Shown piece by piece: positions 12,401 through 24,884 of a stretch of DNA of 64,000 bases. The notes under the pieces were generated by a model. The model did not search any database. It was not told the DNA's origin and saw only the letters and a program-made list of their open reading frames with translations. Source of the DNA: Haliotis rufescens. Lineage: Eukaryota. Both the position numbers and the translations under genes were made by a program. The stretch's first letter is position 1, and the number at the start of each line of letters is the position of its first letter. The stretch is taken from NCBI RefSeq assembly GCF_023055435.1, contig NW_025963913.1:4898001-4962000 (forward strand), read 5' to 3'.

Positions 12401-15400
12401 CTGTGTTTGCATTTTGCTCATTATCCCGCACGTATCGCACGTTCTTCACGATGTATGCCACTGTTGCTTTGGTTTATCATCAAGGTATCTAGTAGTGGTC
12501 TCAGTGTTAACTTAATTTTGTTTTTTTTTATCTTGATTTCAAAGCTTAGAGAGTGATACCTTTTGGCGGGTTGCATTCCCAACTTGAATCCTGTCCTAAA
12601 CATTTGGTAACAATAAAAGTGAAAGAGAATGACAGACATACTCACTTACAGATGGGACATTTCATGTACTTCGACGGTCCCTTGTATATGTCTATGTACT
12701 TTGTATTTTACAATTGATCTTTTGTGAAGTGAATGTGTATGAATGTTATTAATATGAATAGTACCAATTCAATTCCTATGGTAAAATCATATTAATCATT
12801 GTCAAGTATCATGATATATGATCAAAGTAACAATAGATCTGTGTTTCCCCTTTTCTTCCCGTGGTAATGGGATGCAGTCAGTAAAACATGATTTGTGTAG
12901 GTTTTCATATGTGGTGTCAAGGGGAGGGACTTGAAAAGTATAGGTCTCTCTTGTCCCAAAATGTCCAGTGACCATTTTACCTCAACCTAACTTCCTGGCA
13001 CAGAACCCTGCAACGTTTGAATAATTTGCTGAGGCTCCTAAACACACACAGGAATTATGTTTCTATAAAAACAACCCATCTATGTTATAGTCTATACAAT
13101 GAGGATGGATGTTGTTTTTTATTTTATTTATTCCATTATAGCTCAGGACGATCTCCACAGGTTTAGGACCTACCAGGCCCCCGTCTCCCAAACGACTCTT
13201 CCTGTCCCTGATCCTGTAGGTCATCATTGGGTTCAAGTTGTTTGAATGTGTCTTATTAGTATCAGAAAAAACAAATTCGAGAACCTTTGCAACTTACATT
13301 AGTTCGAAACATGTCATCTGTGTTAAACATTATCAGGACAACTATACATATTATATAGTCACGAAGCTTTTAATAATCAGAACTCATTTCTAACATACAA
13401 CATAAGAAAGTTGACTTGCATTTTTCTACCACTCCCTTATTCTGTAATACATATGATAAAACTACTTCCGTTTCCCTATACATGACCTTTTCACAAACAA
13501 CTTGTATCACCACTATTTGCTAGTGATTGAAAAACACATGCTCATGACCAGGGCTCGATTTAACTAAAATAAAGGCACAAGTGCCCTCTGATATGGAAAA
13601 ATGTAGCCTATTATTTATCTATACTTGCACCCAGTGCATGTACAAATTTTACAAATTTGTTACTGACTTACTAAAAAAGCTTTCTTCACTTACATCTTTG
13701 AACTCAATACACTTTTTGTACCATACTACATCACATCCCCAGTGTTTTGAGTAATTTGACATTGTCCTTTTGGCTTTTCGTCATGAACCTTATCAGGTCA
13801 GTCTTATGATAAGAACAAGAATGCAAACAAATATGTGGGATGTATAAGTGATTCCATTCAAAGTGATCTTGTCAATGAACTGAAAATGTCAAAATATTAA
13901 TGACACTGATTTCATTCTGGTATTTGAGATGATATTTTCTTTTTTTGTAATAGTTTCCAATATGAGTGCAATCGGTTTAGTCTAGTGAAAAATGGTTGGG
14001 ATGTCAACTTGCACCAGGTGCAAGCTATATCTAATTCCTAAATCGTGCCCTGACTCTCATGATACTGTCGGAATCGTACAAATACAGATTTTCTGTGATT
14101 ACAGAAATGGTTTTGTTGCATTTCTCTATGTTAGTCGGTAGGCGGTATATCCTCACTTGCTATTTGTTTAAATATCCAGATAAAGTAGGTACAAAATGGT
14201 CGACCTTTTCATGTTTTTTTCATACACGCTTAACTGTGGATTGATACTGATTTCAATGATTTAAGGACATCCATTTCCTCTCTGTAAGCGCCCCAGTGTC
14301 TTCACGATCACCGTCAACCCCCTCTCATCCCAGCCCGAACCCCAGACCTCCCTCCCTGTCCCTGCCCTCAGAGCCCGCCCTCAAGTCGTGGAGATAGATC
14401 TTGGTGAAGAATCCAAGCAGCCCCAGTCATGCTCGGCCGTCCTTGTGTCCTGTGTGAAATACATTTTCCAGAGTTTCTTCACGGAGAGATAGACTTTGGA
14501 GTTGTTTGCTGTGCTAATGTTGTGTGAACTACTAGTTTTAGGAACTTTTGGACTAACCATTTGGACTATTTGGGACTATTTTTGATAACATACATTTTGT
14601 TTCATACATGAATTAAAATTTATATAATATTCTGCTTAAAATGTATGTGATAAACGCTGTTGCTTGAAGAACGTGTCGTGTACATTCATGTTTTCTGCAT
14701 TCCTTGTTATGAAAACTGAAATCAAGAGATGGCTTCGCATGCGGTCCATGCCAAATTGTCGCTTCAACTAACCTATTGCTATTTTAAGAGTTGATCAAAA
14801 TGGGGATCAGGTAGATGAAATGGTGCTTGATTTTTTAAGGATTTGTTCACTATGTCAGTGCAGAAAAATGAAAACAAACAAAACCTCGAAGAAGGTCGAG
14901 CTCCCGCACAAAGAAGCAGCAGTCACTGCGGCCAAGCAGTCGTTATTTAAGAGATAATTACAATGAGGATCGGATGGTTACATTGTCGGTACTCCTAATT
15001 ACTATAATTCATGCTTTCCCATGCTGCAATTATCTCTTACAGAGCCCGAGGTTGAAATGTGAACGTTGAACTCCTACGTATCAGGCCTGTTGGTAAACAA
15101 AAATCTTGCTGTCAGAATCTGAACAGTTATTATTGATGGAAGACATCAGTTCAAAAATGGATAAAAGCTTAATTAATTTAGTTTTGTTACCTCACCAAAA
15201 TATTCCAAGATCGTAATGATTCAAGTATACAAGTTACAGTTATCACAAGTCGCATGTGATTTATTGTCCCTATAACATAATACAGTTTACAGATTTTTCT
15301 ATCCTGGGGGTCAAAGGTCATTCCGACGTCACAGTCAAGGGCTTTTACCTACCAATGTCTACAGGGATCGTTCTAGAATCGATCCCATATGATGATTTAA

Positions 15401-16164
15401 TCCCATGCTTTAATTACTTAGATCGCATTTCGACAGCTCTAGGAGATGTGGCGTCCTCAAGTTTCAAAGTTTATTGTACAATTTCATTATTTTAACAGTT
15501 CAGATATATCAATTGTTGGAGGGATACGGACAAGTACCGGATTCCAGAGCCACGTTGTGACAGACAATGCCGAACGACTGATGTTTCCAGTACAGTTGAC
15601 AGCTAGTATCGTGTCCGCGATCTCGAGACTTTGTACAAACTTTTCAGTTCAGTGATTAATTAATAAACTCGTTATTGAACTTAAACCTCCTTGTTGTGTG
15701 ATCCTTCTGCATTTCGACAGTTTCGACGTTCGCTACTTGTAGATCTTTGTGATATATTTTCGCGAAAACTCGTCTCCAAGCTCTGGAATTTATTTTGTCA
15801 CACTTTATAACTTGTGGCAGCATCCGTATATTTTCGTAGTTTATCCACTAGAAAATATGATTCCATGCACGGAGACAATACAAAGAGGTCTCTATATAGA
15901 CTCTCTGCTTCAATGAGAAACATTAGAAAGCTGCTTTCTGAATGGCTTATGTCGACTAATTGTCGGTCAAAGTTCGCGAAAGGTCGTTCTATGTCCATTA
16001 TCACAGATACCCATGTAAATATACCTACAAGTAGCAATGTGGGTTTCAGGCTATCATAGATGTTGCGAATTTGAAAAAGTACATAAGCTTTCATATGAAA
16101 AAAAGTTTGCTTCATTTGGATTGTCATTCCGAGTTGTAGGATATCAACTTATTATGAAATACTA

Positions 16165-16204
16165 AGCTTGATAATGGTGTTAGAACCTACACCGAAACGT
16201 CGCT
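16165..16204 (+). ncRNA. Minimal hammerhead ribozyme motif, copy 3
   Basis: Identical motif and flanking duplication. Confidence 0.65.
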
Positions 16205-19200
16205 CCTAATCGTAATAAGGAAGTTGTTCATCCATATTATATCTTGTCCTTACTTGGTACTCCAACTTCTAAATGCCTCTCAAAGAAACTTATTATGACA
16301 TAAAGTTGGCTTGCACAATCGTTTATAAACAGTGAAAGTAGTCCCTACTTGCATCTCTATCCGCATATGACCCGAGCGGACATAGTTTCCTGCCGAGAAA
16401 CCCACCCATTATATGATAAATCCTATTATATTTATCAAGTCTTGTCCAAAACAAAATGTACCACTTACTCAACGTGAAAAAAATGTATACTGTACTAAGG
16501 GTCCATGGCTAAATGCCATAGGTTCTGGAAATCAGTTATTATTGTATCACAAATTAATATTATTTCTTGTGCACGGATGTTCTTGAGAAATATGTTGGTA
16601 CAGAAAGAATGGCCCAATTCGACTGGAGGTGATTTACACGGAAAGTTGAAAACGAAGAATTCACTTACATGATACGTGTCTCTTTCCTCAAACAAATATT
16701 CAAAATAGTGTTATCATATATTTATCAGACCACAGAGATTAGACGTCGACATGATTGCACGTAAAATTGGTTAGCAGAGATTATGTAATGTAATGCACAA
16801 GGCCTTAGGCACCGACCTTCTTTATCGAAGAAAAGAAACTGACTCAGAAAATGCGTGAAAGTGTATGAATCAGACTTGTAAAAAAAGAATATGTCTGCCA
16901 CAAAAAAACTCGACTTTTAACTGACCGCCGCCACATAGCTGAAATATTGCTGAGTGCGGCGTTAAACAACAAACAAACAAAGTCGGGGATTAACCACGTG
17001 ATCAAAACTCAATGGTGATGTATATCGCCAACAAAATGGATATTTCTTTATTTCTAAGCGCATTTTGCAATTTTTGTAATATAAATAATATTCCTAATCG
17101 CTGGAATAGCTTCTTATAAATCTTTTCACTTTATAAGCATTATTACACTCCATTCACTCAACTCTCCAGCCTTGCGAAAATAGACTGGAATTTCTGGGCT
17201 CGAACGTAGAGCCACCAGTGGCTATTACGACTTATGTCCGTCCCTTCGATTGACCAATGAGAGTCCACATCTCATATCACTTGAATTTTCTTCGAACAAA
17301 ATAGCAGCGCCCAGTCAAGACGATTTTTGTAGGCTTAACGCCACTTCCTGGAAAAACATTCCTGAATTAGGTTTGTAGTATTATTATCTATATTATATAT
17401 TTATATTATTTATATGTCATATTATTTAAATATACTCAAGCCTTATCATATGGAAATCACTATTATTTGTATACAGTATGTACGTATTTCTTCTTTGTAA
17501 AAGATGCGACGTGCGACACTCTTATATTTCTTTTGCTCTCTATCTCTTCTTATAAATATGACATTGTTTTGTATCAAATATTTCTTTCAATATTGCTTCA
17601 ATGTTGAGTCACTTCATGGGCGTTTATTCTTTCAACAAGGCAACTCGTCAAACTTAGTAAATACACAAGTAATGTGATGAAAATGTATTTTGCCATTCAG
17701 ATTTTGTTCTACGATTCCAAGGCAACAGTTTAAGTCGAATTCATTCGGAAATGAAGTTTGGATTCTTTCCGGAGCAGTAGTCATAATCTGTTTAATATTT
17801 ATATAAAACTTCACATACACATTAGGCAAGTGCTTAACAGGTTAGATACGCGATCTACCAGGACAAGGAATACGTGCATTATATGGCATTATATGAAACA
17901 TACACACATAAAGTACAGGATGTTCCGTAACTGCGACGTGGTTTATGCAATCGATAATTTGGGAAGAAATGTTATGGGAATCAACCTACTTAGATTGCAA
18001 ACCGACCTTATATATCTTGAGTATTTTTATTTTATTTTTTTACAATAAACTTCCATCGTTTTTTTGTTTTGTTTTTGTATTATTCATAATGGAATATTCA
18101 TTCATGGACTAAATGATTTTCAAACAGCATGACATCCAGTTATACACCATCGGCAAAGTACTCACTCCATTAGACGCTATATATTCCAAACGTTATACTC
18201 GTCAAGCTCCTCACAGCGACATCGAATCTGTCACGCGCTGGGAAGGAGCTTGTGTAAGTCAAAGGGAAACCACTCTACACACTCTATATGAATTATTGCC
18301 CTTGACAGGAAAAGGTCACGGTCATTGTGTTGGAATGCAAACACACGGCGCGTGTTACAACAGAAATACACAAAAAAGGTATTTTGTTCCAGGTACATTT
18401 TGTATGGAATGATTGTTAACCCATCATCTGTTGTCAACTCACTGTCAGGCATTAGTCATAATCGTGGTTTGGACATGCAAGGTGGACACCACTCGGTTAG
18501 TGGCCAGAAATATATATACAGTAGAACCAACAATATCGGGGTCAAACGATACAGCAAGGTCACTATACGATACGTATCACGATACATATTAGGTCACGAT
18601 ACGATACGTATCGCGATACACATATATGGGTCAAAATCGCGTGGAAACTCGATATTTCAGAGCAGGCTCTAAAGGTAAAAGTTGCAGCAGACACATGTTC
18701 GAAGCCGCAATGTTTGTGAGTTAACTTTAAACACTTACTTCAACACAGCTGCGATATGTAACTGCACAAAACAGTGGGAGTCATTAAACGAGTAGTAAGT
18801 TTATCGTCGTGTATCGATATAAACTGGTTCCAGTGTTGGTACGCGACGCAAGCTTAGCGCGATATACTAGTTTTAGTAGACAGGACCCCAGTCTAGTATC
18901 AACACAGAAAATAACTTTTCGTGTATCGTATCGTCGCATGAGAACTCACTGTGCACCATATATTTAAGGTATTCCAAGTTGTGATCAAAAGGATATCATT
19001 TGTGGCAATTATTCCGGGACATGCAAGCTACGGAAAGCAACGAGACGCGGCGATCGCTGATGGATCTCCATGGAGACCGTTGCTACTTCCGTTATTCACA
19101 AACGACGCCATTTTGGTTGTTGCTGCTGCACTTTGTTTCCACGTCTGTGTTTGCATTTTGCTCATTATCCCGCACGTATCGCACGTTCTTCACGATGTAT

Positions 19201-20293
19201 GCCACTGTTGCTTTGGTTTATCATCAAGGTATCTAGTAGTGGTCTCAGTGTTAACTTAATTTTGTTTTTTTATCTTGATTTCAAAGCTTAGAGAGTGATA
19301 CCTTTTATCGGATTGCATTCCAAACTTGAATCCGGTCCTAAACATTTGGTAACAATAAAAGTGAAAGAGAATGACAGACATACTCATTTACAGATGGGAC
19401 ATTTCATGTACTTCGACGGTCCCTGGTATATGTCTATGTACTTTGTATTTTACAATTGATCTTTTGTGAAGTGAATGTGTATGGATGTTATTAATATGAA
19501 TAGTACCAATTCAATTCCTATGGTAAAATCATATTAATCATTGTCAAGTATCATGATATATGATCAAAGTAACAATAGATCTGTGTTTCCCCTTTTCTTC
19601 CCGTGGTAATGGGATGCAGTCAGTAAAACATGATTTGTGTAGGTTTTCATATGTGGTGTCAAGGGGAGGGACTTGAAAAGTATAGGTCTCTCTTGTCCCA
19701 AAATGTCCAGTGACCATTTTACCTCAACCTAACTTCCTGGCACAGAACCCTGCAACGTTTGCATAATTTGCTGAGGCTCCTAAACACACACAGGAATTAT
19801 GTTTCTATAAAAACAACCCATCTATGTTATAGTCTATACAATGAGGATGGATGTTGTTTTTTATTTTATTTATTCCATTATAGCTCAGGACGATCTCCAC
19901 AGGTTTAGGACCTACCAGGCCCCCGTCTCCCAAACGACTCTTCCTGTCCCTGATCCTGTAGGTCATCATTGGGTTCAAGTTGTTTGAATGTGTCTTATTA
20001 GTATCAGAAAAAACAAATTCGAGAACCTTTGCAACTTACATTAGTTCGGAACATGTCATCTATGTTAAACATTATCAGGACAACTATACATATTATATAG
20101 TCACGAAGCTTTTAATAATCAGAACTCATTTCTAACATACAACATAAGAAAGTTGACTTGCATTTTTCTACCACTCCCTTATTCTGTAATACATATGATA
20201 AAACTACTTCCGTTTCCCTATACATGACCTTTTCACAAACAACTTGTATCACCACTATTTGTTAGTGATTGAAAAACACATGCTCATGACCTG

Positions 20294-20400
20294 GGCCCCG
20301 TTCCACAAAGCGATCTTAGCGCTACGATTGTCGTAAGTCAGTGTTAAAGAATGGGAGTTACGATCGACGTAGCGCTAAGATCGCTTTGTGGAACGGGGCC
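20294..20400. mobile_element. 107-bp PIF/Harbinger-type MITE; private to this copy
   Basis: 33-bp perfect TIR GGCCCCGTTCCACAAAGCGATCTTAGCGCTACG, flanked by CTG/CAG. The empty site reads CAG in the other copies. Confidence 0.9.
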
Positions 20401-23400
20401 CAGGGCTCGATTTAACAAAAATAAAGGCACAAGTGCCCTCTGATATGGAAAAATGTAGCCTATTATTTATCTATACTTGCACCCAGTGCATGTACAAATT
20501 TTACAAATCTGTTACTGACTTACTAAAAAAGCTTTCTACACTTACATCTTTGAACTCAATACACTTTTTGTACCATACTACATCACATTCCCAATGTTTT
20601 GAGTAATTTGACATTGTCCTTTTGGCTTTTCGTCATGAACCTTATCAGGTCAGTCTTATGATAAGAACAAGAATGCAAACAAATATGTGGGATGTATAAG
20701 TGATTCCATTCAAAGTGATCTTGTCAATGAACTGAAAATGTCAAAATATTGATGACACTGATTTCATTCTGGTATTTGAGATGATATTTTCTTTATTATG
20801 TAATAGTTTCCAATATGAGTGCAATCGGTTTAGTCTAGTGAAAAATGGTTGGGATGTCAACTTGCACCAGGTGCAAGCTATATCTAATTCCTAAATCGTG
20901 CCCTGACTCTCATGATACTGTCGGAATCGTACAAATACAGATTTTCTGTGATTACAGAAATGGTTTCGTTGCATTTCTCTATGTTAGTCGACAGGCGGTA
21001 TATACTACGATAAATATCCAGATAAAGTAGGTACAAAATGGTCGACCTTTTCATGTTTTTTTCATACACGCTTAACTGTGGATTGATACTGATTTCAATG
21101 ATTTAAGGACATCTATTTCCTCTCTGTAAGCGCCCCAGTGTCTTCACGATCACCGTCAACCCCCTCTCATCCCAGCCCGAACCCCAGACCTCCCTCCCCG
21201 TCCCTGCCCTCAGAGCCCGCCCTCAAGTTGTGGAGATAGATCTTGGTGAAGAATCCAAGCAGCCCCAGTCATGCTCGGCCGTCCTTGTGTCCTGTGTGAA
21301 ATACATTTTCCAGAGTTTCTTCACGGAGAGATAGACTTTGGAGTTGTTTGCTGTGCTAATGTTGTGTGAACTACTAGTTTTAGGAACTTTTGGACTAACC
21401 ATTTGGACTATTTACGACTATTTTTGATAACATACATTTTGTTTCATACATGAATTAAAATTTATATCATATTCTGCTTAAAATGTATGTGATAAACGCT
21501 GTTGCTTGAAGAACGTGTCGTGTACATTCATGTTTTCTGCATTCCTTGTTATGAAAACTGAAATCAAGAGATGGCTTCGCATGCGGTCCATGCCAAATTG
21601 TTGCTTCAACTAACCTATTGCTATTTTAAGAGTTGATCAAAATGGGGATCAGGTAGATGAAATGGTGCTTGATTTTTTAAGGATTTGTTCACTATGTCAG
21701 CGCAGAAAAATCAAAACATCAAAACCTCCCGCCCAAAGACTCCACGCCAAGTAGTTCTATATGATTGTTTAGTCTCATGACTTAATTACTTATATTGCAT
21801 TTCGACAGCTCTAGGAGATGTGGCGTCCTCGGCATTCATTCAGGGCTACGTGACTTCCTGAATGTATTACATTACATGGATCCAGTTCTGGTTTCAACCA
21901 ACTTCGTACACTTTCAAGTTTCAAAGTTTATTGTACAATTTCATTATTTTAACAGTTCAGATATATCAATCGTGGGAGGGATACAGACAAGTACCGGATT
22001 GTGACAGACAATGCCGAGCGACTGATGTTTTCAGTACAGTTGACAGCCGCTATCGTGTCTCGCGATCTCGAGACTTTGTACAGATTTTTCAGTTCAGTGA
22101 TTAATTAATAAACTCGTTATTGAACTTTATCTCCCTGTTGTGTGATCCTTCTGCATTTCGACGTTCGATACTTGTTGATCTTTGTGATATATTTTCGCGA
22201 AACCTCGTCTCCAAGCTCTGGTATATATTTTGTCACACTTTATGACTGGTGGCAGCATCCATTTATTTTCGTAGTTTATCCTCAAGAAAATATCGACCAG
22301 TCTAAAAGCTAAACACGCGATATTCCCAACGACAGTTACCGGCTTTACAATTGAATCAGTCAAGAACATCGTCTATCTGTCGTTTTAATGCAGGGAAACA
22401 ATACAAAGAGGTCTCTATGTAGACTCCCTGCTTCAATAAGATAAACATTGGAACGGAGGTGACTTTACATTGTCTGTTGGAAGTAGTGCCATACAATCTA
22501 GGCCATCTAATAGACAGTCCAGTATGTTCATCTGTTAAGTTTCACATTTCGAATCGAGAACTTTGTCAAAATATTTTTGAAAGTATAGTCACCGGCGCTG
22601 TATAGCTCGAGAAAGCTGCATTCTGAATGGCGTATGTCGACTTGTTAGTCATTTTATTGGTCAAAGTTCGCGAAAGGTCGTTCTGTTATGACTCGCAATA
22701 GGATGTTCACAGATCTTTGTTTAGCGGTTGCGAGAACTAAGATCTGATTTTAATGAGATTGGGGTGTGGTGCTGACAAACCTGGAAATATAATCAGGTCA
22801 AATCTGTGATTGGATCCAACGATGTTGGGTTCCTGGTTTGCATTTCTCTACAGTGAACTGCGGCGCCTTAGACAACTGGGTCACCTGTGTCTCCCTTCTG
22901 GTGAAGAAAGAGCTGAAAAGTTTACCTTTAACATTGCTGAAGTTGAAGATGTTGACGATTTCATAGACATAGACATAGATGTATTTCAGTAATGTAAGGC
23001 CACTGGTCCATTCTACATTTCAATAAGTTGGTGGGTTTTGTTTCCAAGCAAGCTGGTATACATATATTAGCAGTTGGTACAATATGTTTCAAAAGTTCAG
23101 CAATAATGTTCACATTAATACGGTATTTTATTAATAATACATCAAGAAGACAACTAATTATAGAATTCATGTAACAAAAATAATTACCAATTTTCCATTG
23201 AAATATCATCAATACACAAGTTGATAGTTGTAATGAAAATTTGAACCTCAAAACGTTTGAATTCAAAACATAAATACAACTGTTCTTACCACATGCAGAT
23301 ACGTGTAGGATGCGTATTTCTTTCCTCATAAATATATTCCAAATAATATTATTATACATATATCAGAACACAGTGATTCGACGTCAACATGATTACACGT

Positions 23401-23818
23401 AAAATTAGTAAGCAGCAATTCTCAGTGTAATCGCACAAGGCCTTAGGGCACCGACCGTTTTTATTGAAAAGAAATTGTCTCAGAACATGCGTGAAAAATT
23501 ATACATTAGACTGTTGGAAAAGAAAGAAACTATCTGCCTCCAAAAAGTAAAAGTGCGTGTTTAAAAAACCCACACCAAATATTTAGGCTCATAATTTCCT
23601 TTTAAAAAGTATCTGGTTTTGCATACAAAATCCCAGGCGTGGACAAAATCAGGAATTAGCCACGTGATCAAATTTCAATGACATCGCGACAAACGAATAT
23701 TTGCAATTTTTGTCATTACTGTAAGTAACATTCTTTATCGCTGGAATGACTTTTTAAAAATCTTTTCACTTTATAAGCATTATTACACATGCAGCTATCT
23801 TCGCATCTTCCCGAGGCA

Positions 23819-24010
23819 GGGGCACGGTCTAAGGCGGTTCGCCCCGATTTTGTTTCTAGGTTTGTCAGCACCATAGCCGTGCTCGTGGGTTTCACCGAAG
23901 TGGTAAACGTCTGAGACCTGCGTCACTTCGGGCTTACCCCCCCACATTAATTATAAGCTGACACGCCGTGTTATAACTGGGATAATGTTAAACCCAACTC
24001 ACTCACTCAC
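23819..24010 (+). mobile_element. SINE-like retroposon with (ACTC)n tail and non-tRNA structured head
   Basis: 13-bp TSD TCTTCCCGAGGCA at 23806-23818 and 24011-24023. Empty site at ~33159-33171 in copy 5. Confidence 0.85.
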
Positions 24011-24667
24011 TCTTCCCGAGGCAAGGGAGTTAACTGAGTGTAAGACTCCATTTTCCACCCTTGCCTATCTCAGCTGGAATTTCTTCGCCCAGTGGCTAAT
24101 ACGAGTTATGACCCTATGTCATACTGTTTTAGATAAACTGTTTCCCTAATCATATGGAAATCACTTTATGTGTATACAGTATGTACGTATTTCTTCTATG
24201 TAAAAGATACGACGTGCGACACTATCATATTTCTTTGTTGTTTTGTATCAAATATTTCTTTCAATTTTGCGTCAATGTTGTGTCAGTTCACCGGCGTTAA
24301 TTCTTAAAACAAGGCAACTCGTCAAACTTTGTATGCACACACGTAGTGTGCAGAAACCATTTAAGGCATTCTACGTTTCTAAGGCAACAATTAAGTCGAT
24401 TTCAGGTGGAAATGAAGTTTGGATTCATTTACAGGATGTCCCGTAACTGCGACGAGGTTTATGCAATCGATAATTTGGGAAGAAATGTTATGGGAATCAA
24501 CCTACTTAGATTGCAAACCGTATGTCTTGAATATATTTATTGACAATAAACTTCCATCGGGTTTTTAGTATCAGTCATAATGGAAATTCATTCATGGACT
24601 AAATGATTTTCAAACAGCATGCCGCCCAGTTGTACACAATCGGCAAAGTACTCATTCCATTAGACGC

Positions 24668-24884
24668 GACCCGCGAAGATCCTGAGTAGAATAGGTCAAG
24701 AATAGGCGACTAACGCGATCGGGTGGTCAGGCTCGCTGACTTGGTTGATGCATGTCATCGATCGCAATTGCGTGGATCGATGCTCATGATATTAATCACT
24801 GGATTATCTGGTCCAGGTTCCATTATTTACAGACCGCCGTCATATAGCTGGAATATTGGTGAGTGCGGCGTTAAACAACCAACC
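24668..24884 (+). mobile_element. SINE / non-autonomous RTE-like retroposon (internally deleted)
   Basis: TSD CCATTAGACGC at 24657-24667 and 24883-24893. (AACC)n tail. Homologous to the copies at 31340 and 35121. Confidence 0.88.

Larger units (their letters stand above)
1..21720. repeat. Recent near-identical triplication within the array
   Basis: Copies differ only by scattered SNPs and small indels up to ~21720, after which the sequence switches to the diverged unit type. Confidence 0.93.

Noticed and set aside
1637-21069. The many 60-115 aa ORFs repeated in copies 1-3 as a tandem gene cluster
   Set aside because: No recognisable domains, they overlap MITE/SINE pieces, and frames are not preserved in the diverged copies. 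They recur only because the DNA is duplicated.
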